From Candidatus Latescibacterota bacterium (lineage in GTDB: Bacteria; Latescibacterota; UBA2968; UBA8231): a DNA stretch of 64,000 nt. The DNA is taken from the NCBI GenBank assembly GCA_965248265.1, contig CBDFJF010000002.1:1-64000 (forward strand), read 5' to 3'. Shown here piece after piece: positions 30,442 through 38,461 of this stretch. The notes under the pieces were generated by a model. That model was not told the origin of the DNA, ran no database searches, and saw only the letters and a list, made by a program, of their open reading frames with translations. A program made the translations under genes and the position numbers. Numbering within the stretch: the stretch's first letter is position 1; every line of letters begins with the position of its first letter.

Positions 30442-31224
30442 TCAGACAGGCGCCTGCACCTTCGCACCGAGCTCGACCAGGCCTTCGACCATTCCCCTGA
30501 TTCGCGCGCTGTCGCTGTTGAGAAAAGCTTCGTGGGGCCGGAATATTCTACCGTCTGGCTTGTAGCGCATCAGTGCGGCTATGTCGTCACCGTTCCTGAT
30601 TCTGGCCCCGAACTTGAAAGCGATGTAGCGGCGCTCGTTTTTGAGACTGCCAAACACAGAGTGAAACAGACACTGGTCGAAGAATATGACGTCGCCAGGA
30701 TGGGACTCGAAAGGGTAACATGGAATGGACGGTTCATCTGCGCCGTAGAGTTTGGATTTGTCCTTTTCATGGTGTAGCGGTTTGAGCATCTCGTGAAATG
30801 GGGATCGGTGGGAACCGGGGATCACACGCAGGGCGCAGGATTCCTTCCTCGTCGGATCGAGATACACGTGAACCTTGATGGTCGCATAATCGAGTTCGCC
30901 CTGTCTGTCGGAATGCCAAGTGGCCTGACTGCGTCCGCAGACCCACTCGGACCCGGTCCAGATGAACCCTCGCCCAAGCAGTTGTTCGACCGTCTCGTAG
31001 ATCCGGTCATCCTCAACCAGTTTGGCCAGCTCGGGATCTCTTTCGATCACGTAGTCGATGACCTTGGAGGCGTCGCTCCCTTTCTTGATCTGCTCGATCC
31101 TGGGTGAATCTCTCATATGCTCGAAGCGGCTCGTGATCCTCCCCGTCTCTTCTGGCGAGAATGCCTGCCGCAAGACGAGAAACCCGAATGTCTCGAAGTG
31201 CGCTACCTGCTCTTTCGTGATCAT
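30442..31224 (-). CDS. PhyH family dioxygenase
   Basis: FETFGFLV, WHSD, LRVIPGSH and LFHS motifs. Real start is MITKEQ at 31224. Confidence 0.85.
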   Translation of the reverse strand: MITKEQVAHFETFGFLVLRQAFSPEETGRITSRFEHMRDSPRIEQIKKGSDASKVIDYVIERDPELAKLVEDDRIYETVEQLLGRGFIWTGSEWVCGRSQATWHSDRQGELDYATIKVHVYLDPTRKESCALRVIPGSHRSPFHEMLKPLHHEKDKSKLYGADEPSIPCYPFESHPGDVIFFDQCLFHSVFGSLKNERRYIAFKFGARIRNGDDIAALMRYKPDGRIFRPHEAFLNSDSARIRGMVEGLVELGAKVQAPV

Positions 31225-31444
31225 GGCCTTGCTTCCTCCAACGGCGTCGGGGTTTCTATACGTCGACCCACAGCCGGTGCGGTCGCTTGTTCCTCCTTCA
31301 GAGTTTGTCCCGTGAGGAAAACGGTTGCACCTGCCTCGCCCAATCCCAGCGCTAGCCCTTGCCCACACCGCGGCTTGCGCCGGTAACGAGCGCGACCTTT
31401 CCCGTGAGAGAGCCACCAGTTGTTTCACTGGATTTCATTTGCAT
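31221..31444 (-). pseudogene. N-terminal remnant of an SDR oxidoreductase
   Basis: LTGKVALVTGASRGVGKG then a frameshift to LALGLGEAGATVFLTG; truncated afterwards. Confidence 0.75.
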
Positions 31445-31574
31445 GTTATCATTTCATCCAAGTAATGGTTTGTCTCAAAGAGAGTCAGCACAGGGCGGTT
31501 TGCCCTTCCAGGAGATAAGGTCGATAGACATCATTGCGTCCCATGCCGTTTCCTGACTCGGTAATGGTTTGTCA

Positions 31575-31696
31575 TGATAACGAAATGATGACCTGCGCGG
31601 ATCACGCAGTCACTTTCGTTGGCCTGCGTTCGCCTCGTAGACCCGCCCCGAGGCGTCAGACTCACTGAGTTCGGTCAGGTCGATCATATGTTATGT
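31575..31696 (-). other. attC recombination site 3 (122 bp)
   Basis: Minus strand: ACATAAC ATATGATCGACC ... GGTCATCATTTC GTTATCA. The GNAT stop codon lies inside R''. Confidence 0.88.
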
Positions 31697-32269
31697 AGAC
31701 GTCTTCTCCTCTGCACCGAGAAAGTGCCCGAGGATCACTGTGTCCGCATAGCTTCCATCTTCGAACTTCATGTCGCGGACCCCTCGACCCTCACAGACGA
31801 ATCCGTGCTTCTTGTACAGGGAGATGGCCGCCTCGCTCGTGGAGAATGCGAAGAGCCCCAGCTTCTCTATCTGCTCGGAAGCGTGCGCCCAGTTGACCAG
31901 GGCCCGCATCAGGCCGTCGGCGACTCCCAGACATCGGCGCGTACGATGAACCCAGACGGAGTGCACATCAGCGAAGTGGGCCGTTCGCCGGTACGCACCC
32001 CCCTCGGCCCTAGCCGTCCCAATGACGCGAGAGTCGTCGCAAGCCACCAGATACACGGAGCCCGTGTGGCCGTTGAGTCGATCTATCTCCTTCGCTTCGC
32101 CCGCAGCTGTGAGTTTTTTTTCGTCCCCCTCAGCCAGGGTCCAAGGACCTTCCGCCGCCACCTCCCGGCAGAGCGCAACCAGATCCTCTGCATCCTCCTC
32201 GCGTGCCGCTCGAATGACGGCAGTAGTACCATCCCGCAGTCTCACATCCCGTGGCTCGATCATCGACAT
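31691..32269 (-). CDS. GNAT family N-acetyltransferase (gene cassette)
   Basis: IRAAREEDA, RRCLGVA and AISLYKKHGF motifs; stop codon overlaps attC 3. Confidence 0.88.
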   Translation of the reverse strand: MSMIEPRDVRLRDGTTAVIRAAREEDAEDLVALCREVAAEGPWTLAEGDEKKLTAAGEAKEIDRLNGHTGSVYLVACDDSRVIGTARAEGGAYRRTAHFADVHSVWVHRTRRCLGVADGLMRALVNWAHASEQIEKLGLFAFSTSEAAISLYKKHGFVCEGRGVRDMKFEDGSYADTVILGHFLGAEEKTST

Positions 32270-32324
32270 TCCAGCGCACTGTCCTCGCGAGTCTGACAAT
32301 CAACCCCGGAGTAACCCATTCGTG

Positions 32325-32352
32325 TTGGTCCTACTGCATGCCCTTGTTAGGT
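32325..32352 (-). other. Truncated attC (R''/L'' half only)
   Basis: Minus strand: ACCTAAC AAGGG CATGCAG, containing the stop of the upstream gene; no matching L'/R' half found. Confidence 0.7.
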
Positions 32353-32757
32353 GGCACCCGACTTGATCCAATCAACGGCCGTTGAACGTTGACCAAAATA
32401 TCCAGTGGGAAAGCTCGCCGGGCCCTCTCGCACTGGTTCGGCTCCAATAAGCGGCATACCTGCTGGCATAACAAACGCGAATCTCGCAACTCCAACAGCG
32501 TTGTACCTTGGGATGATGTTCTCGTCACGCCAGCCCGAGTTCATTCTGTCCATCGGCATCTTGAACTGAACGGAGTCCACGAGACACCCGGGGCGGCGCT
32601 TTGTCTCTACACAACCTGCAAACGTACTCAGCCAATTGTTGAATTCGTCTCCGGTCATTTCTGCTGTAGTGTCATACCATCGAATTTCGACTATCTCCAA
32701 GAGCGGCCGGTCGATAATTTCACCCCACTTATCCTCATACAGGATCTCGCTTGTCAT
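32347..32757 (-). CDS. Hypothetical cassette protein (possibly SpoIIAA-like)
   Basis: 136-aa ORF with a GAGAGGA RBS, bounded by complementary cassette ends. Confidence 0.75.
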   Translation of the reverse strand: MTSEILYEDKWGEIIDRPLLEIVEIRWYDTTAEMTGDEFNNWLSTFAGCVETKRRPGCLVDSVQFKMPMDRMNSGWRDENIIPRYNAVGVARFAFVMPAGMPLIGAEPVREGPASFPTGYFGQRSTAVDWIKSGAT

Positions 32758-32820
32758 GGTTCCTCTCTATAGGTTGCGTTTGTTATAAGTTATCATTTCG
32801 ACCTCCAAGGCCCACTTGCC

Positions 32821-32939
32821 ACCTAACGAAGAAATCAGCGGCGCCTGGTGAGCGCCTTTGGCACATTGCCAACCGAAAGTTCCGAGGAACGCTGATTCAC
32901 ATGCACTGTACCTGTTGTCCGCTGCAATTCATGTTAGCG
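32821..32939 (-). other. attC recombination site 4 (119 bp)
   Basis: Minus strand: CGCTAAC ATGAATTGCAGCGG ... CCGCTGATTTCTTC GTTAGGT. Confidence 0.88.
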
Positions 32940-33059
32940 AGACTCTATCCAACAGCAAGGCTCATTCGGTTGGCCTACGACGAGCAGGGTCAATTGCAAA
33001 TCCGAAAAACACCAGCATTTCGCAGCGGATCGTTCTTGCTGCTCCTTCCGAAAAGATCA

Positions 33060-34064
33060 TCACTGATAATCACGCAGTATGCGTTCAAGATCCTCGATGT
33101 AGGCGCATGTTCGAGGTGGCAAGACTCGGGCAGCAGTCCAAAACCACGAAATACCTGCTGCCTGCATCGCGTGTCTGATTGCCACGTAGGTATCGTCTGG
33201 TGTCACTCGAGTACCGCCGTGCCGTTCATAGCTGTCCCAGAACTCATCCCGGAACTCGGTTGTCCCGTAGATTTCGCGTGGTTGTCGGACATCGAACTCT
33301 GATTCAATGTGGAGTTGATCTTCGAGAAGATCGCCATGGCATGCGTTCTCGAAGTCGATGACACCTGTGACATGACCACTACCATCGACCAATAGGTTGT
33401 GTAGGACGGCATCTCCCCAAACGAATGACTGGACCGGCGGGGGAACCACGGCAGTTGTTGTTGCAAGGAGTTCCCTGATGACGGGGATGCGGTCACGGGC
33501 GGTCGGGGGAAGCGTGGAAATCAAGTCGTTGTCATCGAGCAACTGACTGGTAAGCCTTTCGCGCCAATCAGATAGACCTCGCCGCGGCAAATTGCTGCCA
33601 TCGTGGTCAATCCGGTTGAGCGTCGCCGCAATTCGTCCATACTCCTGAAGTATCTGGTGTTGGACGGCCAACTCCGAGTTTTCGAACATCTCGCGGGCCG
33701 GTTTCCCAGGCAGCTCATCGCAAATCAGATACGGATGACCAAACGGCCCGTCGTCCTCGTCGCATATGCTGATAGCACCGACCGGCAGGTTTGTAGCCGA
33801 CCTGATTATCTTGAGTGCGTAATCCTGAACCCGTAAAGAGAAGCCTTCTCTGAATTTGATCTTCACGAAGTACGTCTTTTGCGGTGTATTAGCCTTGTAC
33901 ACCGCGTTTACCATGTTGGCTTCTTGTGCTTCCCATAGCTCCAGGGGCCCAAAGCCGTGTTTGTCGAACGCAAGCGCCGCCTGACGCTTGCTGAACACCG
34001 GCTTCTCGGTGACGGCTCGCTTGAAGGCTGCCCGATCGACCTCTTGGATCTCTTGGGTCACCAT
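33060..34064 (-). CDS. Aminoglycoside phosphotransferase/choline kinase-like protein (gene cassette)
   Basis: YFVKI, WGDAVLHNLL (variant of HGDxxxxN) and VIDFE motifs. Confidence 0.8.
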   Translation of the reverse strand: MVTQEIQEVDRAAFKRAVTEKPVFSKRQAALAFDKHGFGPLELWEAQEANMVNAVYKANTPQKTYFVKIKFREGFSLRVQDYALKIIRSATNLPVGAISICDEDDGPFGHPYLICDELPGKPAREMFENSELAVQHQILQEYGRIAATLNRIDHDGSNLPRRGLSDWRERLTSQLLDDNDLISTLPPTARDRIPVIRELLATTTAVVPPPVQSFVWGDAVLHNLLVDGSGHVTGVIDFENACHGDLLEDQLHIESEFDVRQPREIYGTTEFRDEFWDSYERHGGTRVTPDDTYVAIRHAMQAAGISWFWTAARVLPPRTCAYIEDLERILRDYQ

Positions 34065-34082
34065 TTCTCAATCAACGTGTCT

Positions 34083-34199
34083 CGCTAACACAGGGATGAC
34101 CTGCGAGCGGAATTACCCTCAGCTCAGATGCGCCATGCGAAGTGCCGATTCGATTGGCTGAAACACTGTTGAAACGTCTAATGAGATCCCATGTTAGAA
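34083..34199 (-). other. attC recombination site 5 (117 bp, partly degenerate)
   Basis: Minus strand: TTCTAAC ATGGGATC ... CGCAGGTCATCCCTGT GTTAGCG. The right arm resembles attC 3. Confidence 0.75.
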
Positions 34200-34267
34200 G
34201 CACACGAGCAACCAACTCTCAGGCTCCTTCGGCCCTCTCCTTTGGAGGGGCAAGGTTGTCTTGTGGA

Positions 34268-34423
34268 TCAGTCTTCCTTGAGAAGCTCATCGAATTGGAT
34301 GCCAGAACCAAGATTGTGGACGTCTGCTCTCAGGATGCCTTGTCGGTCCACAACGAAATTCCTGGGAAATCCGGTGATGGTCGCAACGACACGCCATGCA
34401 TCTCTCACGTCATCGTCGTCAGG
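34268..34423 (-). pseudogene. C-terminal fragment of a TlpA/redoxin-like protein
   Basis: ITGFPRNFVVDRQGILR cis-Pro segment, with no start and no CxxC. Confidence 0.5.
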
Positions 34424-34589
34424 TCATGCGGGCGCGGGCGTCCTCTTGACTCACAAGCTGACCGCCGTTCGCCTGACTGATGCCTCTCTCTATCTTGTGG
34501 ATCAGATAGAGCCGCTCGATCCCGTCCTCAACACTAGCGTCGTCCGGTAACTCCTCAATTGCTCTTAGCATCTGCTGTTTCAGTTCCAC
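34419..34589 (-). CDS. Small antitoxin-like protein of the type found upstream of RelE/ParE toxins; toxin absent
   Basis: IEELPDDASVED..RLYLIHKIERG..QLVSQEDAR pattern. Confidence 0.6.
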   Translation of the reverse strand: MELKQQMLRAIEELPDDASVEDGIERLYLIHKIERGISQANGGQLVSQEDARARMT

Positions 34590-34770
34590 GCCCTGGACCT
34601 CCGATAGGATTTGCAGCACCCGGCTATCTTGCGGGCGCCAGTCTTGTTTGAACCGAATAGTTGTATTGTACTGTTCCAGCGATTCCGATGCTGCAATTTG
34701 TGCCCAACTTCGACAGTGTCAGTGAGATCATCTCCCATTTGCGCGCTCAAGCCTCGGCCGACCTGGGTGG

Positions 34771-35085
34771 CTATGCGGTCGAAAGTGGCTCTATCCGAGC
34801 CAATTCTTTTTGATATTGTTGTTCCAACTCCCACAGGTCCCTGGTGTGTTGGGCATTCATCCAAAACTCAGGTGAGTTTCTAAATAGACGAGCCAGCTTC
34901 AGAGCCATTATCGGTGAGACAGCGCGCCGTTCGCGTAGGAGTTCGTTGATGCTCTGACGAGAGACTCCCACGGCAGTAGCCAAGGAAGTTGTCGTCAGTC
35001 CGTAATCGGGGAGAAAATCCTCGCGAAGCATTTCACCAGGGTGTGTGGGAGGTATGGTTCGCCTCCGCGTGTTAGCTATGGCCAT
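34771..35085 (-). CDS. higA: HigA family antitoxin
   Basis: PTHPGEMLREDFL, an HTH, and SPEFWMNAQ. Confidence 0.92.
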   Translation of the reverse strand: MAIANTRRRTIPPTHPGEMLREDFLPDYGLTTTSLATAVGVSRQSINELLRERRAVSPIMALKLARLFRNSPEFWMNAQHTRDLWELEQQYQKELARIEPLSTA

Positions 35086-35098
35086 GGTCGTAACTCCC

Positions 35099-35285
35099 TC
35101 AATGATAGTCTGTGATTTCCACATCGTAGGCGTCTCCATCGACGAATCGAAAACAGATGCGCCATTGGTTGTTGATCGAAATAGAATGTTGTCCTTTGCG
35201 GTCCCCCCTCAAGGGATGCAGGCGGTTACTGGTCGGAGTTCGCAGATCCCTCAAGCTCTGAGCGAGGTCGATGTACTCCAATCAT
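35099..35285 (-). pseudogene. higB: HigB toxin with N-terminal deletion
   Basis: NRLHPLRGDRKGQHSISINNQWRICF..EITDYH is present, but only ~60 aa remain and the upstream ATG (35285) is out of frame. Confidence 0.8.
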
Positions 35286-35294
35286 GACCTGTAA

Positions 35295-35313
35295 TGTCAC
35301 GCGTCACGTGACA
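35295..35313. promoter_or_regulatory. Palindromic operator upstream of higBA
   Basis: TGTCACG-CGTCA-CGTGACA inverted repeat ~10 nt upstream of the higB ATG. Confidence 0.6.
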
Positions 35314-35329
35314 CTTGGCAATCGCCCGT

Positions 35330-35908
35330 TCACTTTCCTCGGCCGTGTCGGTACCGCAGCAACCCAACCAGCGTCTTCGCATCCACAATCTCCCCCGCAT
35401 CCAGTGCCCGCCAGATCTCCGCCTCCTCTATCTCCACCACCTCGATATCCTCCCCCTCCACCTCGAGACCACCGCCCCTGTCCACCCGATCGACATCCTC
35501 AACCTCGGCGAAGAACAGGAAGATCCGCTCCGATGATCCACCAGGTGTCAGATAGAACGAGCCGACGAACTCGAGCTCCCTGGCTCGGTACCCCGCTTCC
35601 TCCAGCAACTCCCGCCGTGCCACCTCCTCCGGCTCCTGCCCTGGTTCAATCACTCCCGCTACTGTCTCGAGCAACCAGCCCGGCCCCTTCTCATGCGTGG
35701 AATAGCGGAACTGCCGCACGAACACAAAGCACCCTCGCCCTGCATTGTGCACGATTACTGCAGCTCCATCCCCTCGTTCCAGGTGCAGCCGCCGCAAAAC
35801 CGGGCTCATACTCCCGTTCCTGCGCTGGTGGCGAAACTGGACTTCCTCTATTTTGAAAAAGCCCTCGAAGACACAATTCCTCGAGTGGATTTCTACCTTT
35901 TCCGTCAT
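35330..35908 (-). CDS. NUDIX hydrolase (ADP-ribose pyrophosphatase-like)
   Basis: AGVIEPGQEPEEVARRELLEEAG Nudix box, RQFRY, TPGGSSE and DAKT motifs. Confidence 0.92.
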   Translation of the reverse strand: MTEKVEIHSRNCVFEGFFKIEEVQFRHQRRNGSMSPVLRRLHLERGDGAAVIVHNAGRGCFVFVRQFRYSTHEKGPGWLLETVAGVIEPGQEPEEVARRELLEEAGYRARELEFVGSFYLTPGGSSERIFLFFAEVEDVDRVDRGGGLEVEGEDIEVVEIEEAEIWRALDAGEIVDAKTLVGLLRYRHGRGK

Positions 35909-36041
35909 CGCTGCTCTCTCTGAAGTTTTCCGGATTGACAGATTCAACCAACAAATAGCACACGTGGACTCCCCTGTCCAAGGCCACGCGGCCACCAGGA
36001 AACGGGGTTCGAAGTAGATAAAATAGGAGACACCCAATATC

Positions 36042-36890
36042 ATGAATTACGGTCAGGCAGGCTGGGGCAAGACCAATCGGATGGCCCAGGTATTTAGACC
36101 CGACAACAAAGGCAACGTGCACACGGTCATGCTGGCCGTTGATCATCCGTACTTTTACGGCCCCACTACGGGACTGGAAGATCCCCGTGAAACCATCCGG
36201 CCGCTGGTGCCCTATGCCGACGCCATCTCACCGGCCAAGGGCAGTCTGGTGTTTTCGCTGGACCCGCTGGTGCCGACGCCCGTTATCCTGCGCGTCACCG
36301 GCGGCAACAGCATGACGCGGCGGGAAGAGCTCTCAAACGAGCACATCATTACATCCGTAGAAGAAGCCGTCAAACTGAATGCCGTTGGCGTCTCGGTGTC
36401 CGTCTACATCGACACCGAGCACCAGTCGCAGACCCTGCGCAGCCTGGGCGCCCTGGCCAATGAAGCCAGCAAGTACGACCTGCTCGTTCTCGGTATCACC
36501 GCCGTCGGCGCCAAACTGGAGCCGATGGTCAAGGGGGAAGGGGAGGGGAGCGCCGATTTCGATGCGGCCCGCTACTTCGCCCACGCCGGCCGCATCATCC
36601 AGGAGAACGGCGCCGACATCGTCAAGACCTATTTCGTCGACGGCTGGGACGAAGTCCGCAATGGCATTCAGGCGCCAATCGTCATTGCCGGTGGCAAGAA
36701 GGTGCCCGAAAAAGAAGCCCTCGAGTTCACGTCGCAGGCCATCCAGGCCGGTGCCGACGGGGTCGACATGGGTCGCAATATCTTCCAGTCAGAGAATCCG
36801 GTGGCCATGATTCAGGCCGTGCGCTCGGTTGTGCACCAGGGCAATACACCGGAGCAAGGACTCGAGTTGTTCGAGAGCTTGCGGAGTTAA
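36042..36890 (+). CDS. lsrF: LsrF-like class I aldolase/thiolase
   Basis: MLAVDH, GADIVKTY, VIAGGKK and GVDMGRNIFQS motifs. Confidence 0.8.
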   Translation: MNYGQAGWGKTNRMAQVFRPDNKGNVHTVMLAVDHPYFYGPTTGLEDPRETIRPLVPYADAISPAKGSLVFSLDPLVPTPVILRVTGGNSMTRREELSNEHIITSVEEAVKLNAVGVSVSVYIDTEHQSQTLRSLGALANEASKYDLLVLGITAVGAKLEPMVKGEGEGSADFDAARYFAHAGRIIQENGADIVKTYFVDGWDEVRNGIQAPIVIAGGKKVPEKEALEFTSQAIQAGADGVDMGRNIFQSENPVAMIQAVRSVVHQGNTPEQGLELFESLRS

Positions 36891-36895
36891 CCTGC

Positions 36896-37924
36896 GTGAA
36901 AGTCGGCGTCTACCATAACAACAGCGACGTACGCCTGGAGGAGCGAGCCACTCCCGAAGTAGGTCCTGGCGATCTGTTGATGGAAGTGAAGGCGAGCGGA
37001 ATCTGCGGCAGCGACATCATGGAGTGGTACCGCATAAAGCGCGCCCCCCTCATCCTCGGCCACGAAGTAACCGGCGACATCGTCGAGGTCGGGGAGGGAG
37101 TGGAGGGATTCTCGGTCGGCGATCGCATCTTCTCCACGCATCATGTACCCTGCTACGAGTGCCGCGATTGCCTCAATGGGTATCACACCGCTTGCGAGGT
37201 TTTCCACGGCGAGAACAATTTCGACCCGGGTGGCTTCGCCCAGTTCCTGCGCATCAGCGGGCGATCTGTTCCCATGGGCACGATGCGGCTGCCGGACGAG
37301 GTGTCGTACGACGCCGGCTCCTTCATCGAGCCGCTGGGCACGGTCGTGCGCGGTCAGCGTGAGATTGGCATCACCCCCGGAGAGACCGTGCTGTTATTGG
37401 GCAGTGGTCTGATCGGCCTGCTGCAGATCAAGCTGATGCGTGCCCTCGGTGTCGGCCGCATAATCGCTACCGACATCCAGGACTACCGACTACAACAAGC
37501 CACCCGCGTCGGCGCCGACCATGTCTGCAATGCAGCTGGGGATGTGGCCGCGTTCGTGCGCGAAGTCAACGGCGGCCGCCTGGCCGACAAGGTCATCGTC
37601 AGCACGGGAGCGTTATCGGCTGCACAGACGGGGCTGCAGTGCGTGGAAAAAGGAGGCACCGTCCTGTTCTTCGCCGTACCCAAACCGGACGAAGAGCTCA
37701 ACATCGACATCAACGCCTTCTGGCGGGACTCCAAGAGCGTCAAAGTCAGCTACGGCGCTGCGCCCATCGACAATCAACAGGCCCTTGATCTGATTCGTAC
37801 CGGCCGGGTCGAGGTCGAGGACATGATTACACACCGCCTGCCTCTGGACGACATCGGCGAGGGCTTTCGCCTTACCTGCGACGGGACGAACAGTCTCAAG
37901 GTCATCATCGAGCCGAATCGATAG
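36896..37924 (+). CDS. Zn-dependent alcohol/polyol dehydrogenase
   Basis: GICGSD, GHE, CYECRDC...C and GSGLIG motifs. Confidence 0.92.
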   Translation: MKVGVYHNNSDVRLEERATPEVGPGDLLMEVKASGICGSDIMEWYRIKRAPLILGHEVTGDIVEVGEGVEGFSVGDRIFSTHHVPCYECRDCLNGYHTACEVFHGENNFDPGGFAQFLRISGRSVPMGTMRLPDEVSYDAGSFIEPLGTVVRGQREIGITPGETVLLLGSGLIGLLQIKLMRALGVGRIIATDIQDYRLQQATRVGADHVCNAAGDVAAFVREVNGGRLADKVIVSTGALSAAQTGLQCVEKGGTVLFFAVPKPDEELNIDINAFWRDSKSVKVSYGAAPIDNQQALDLIRTGRVEVEDMITHRLPLDDIGEGFRLTCDGTNSLKVIIEPNR

Positions 37925-38012
37925 CACCTGACGATCCGCTTCGGCCAGTGAGTTTCCATGACACCGGGTACGAGTCTGCTGGCACATTGTCATTGACCAA
38001 ACCAAGTCCCGA

Positions 38013-38390
38013 CTAAAGCTCGACCGCTCGCGCGACCCTCCCATCGACCACTTTAAGTCTTGTCCCGCATGGCGCATGCTGCAGCTCCGAATCCGACCCG
38101 AGTACATCCGCACCAAAATTTTCACCGCACACCGGGCATGAATACTGTCTCGCGGTCAGCCGCTCGAAGAAGACCTTGGTAACGAACACGCATGCAAGCG
38201 CACTGGCGATTGCAGTCACGTACATGTCTGAGTGATTGAACGATGATCTGGTGAGCAGGAAGGCACTACCTTCGCCAACCAGCCAGGCCAGCGGACCAAG
38301 AAAAGCCCACCTCAGGTTGAGGTGCTTTCTCTTCAGCGTGGCTCGCAGGAGTGCATAGGCGCCTGACAGGCCAATGATTTCAAGCAACAT
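38013..38390 (-). CDS. Small membrane protein with C-terminal zinc ribbon
   Basis: Hydrophobic helices followed by CPVC...HAPC. Confidence 0.6.
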   Translation of the reverse strand: MLLEIIGLSGAYALLRATLKRKHLNLRWAFLGPLAWLVGEGSAFLLTRSSFNHSDMYVTAIASALACVFVTKVFFERLTARQYSCPVCGENFGADVLGSDSELQHAPCGTRLKVVDGRVARAVEL

Positions 38391-38461
38391 TCCGTGCTCC
38401 AGGCGTCAACTGAACACAGCTTCAGTTCGGGCAAGGGACGTCTACGATGGAAGGCGCACTC

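Noticed and set aside
35935-35965. TTGACA -35 box upstream of lsrF
   Set aside because: No convincing -10 hexamer at 16-18 nt spacing.
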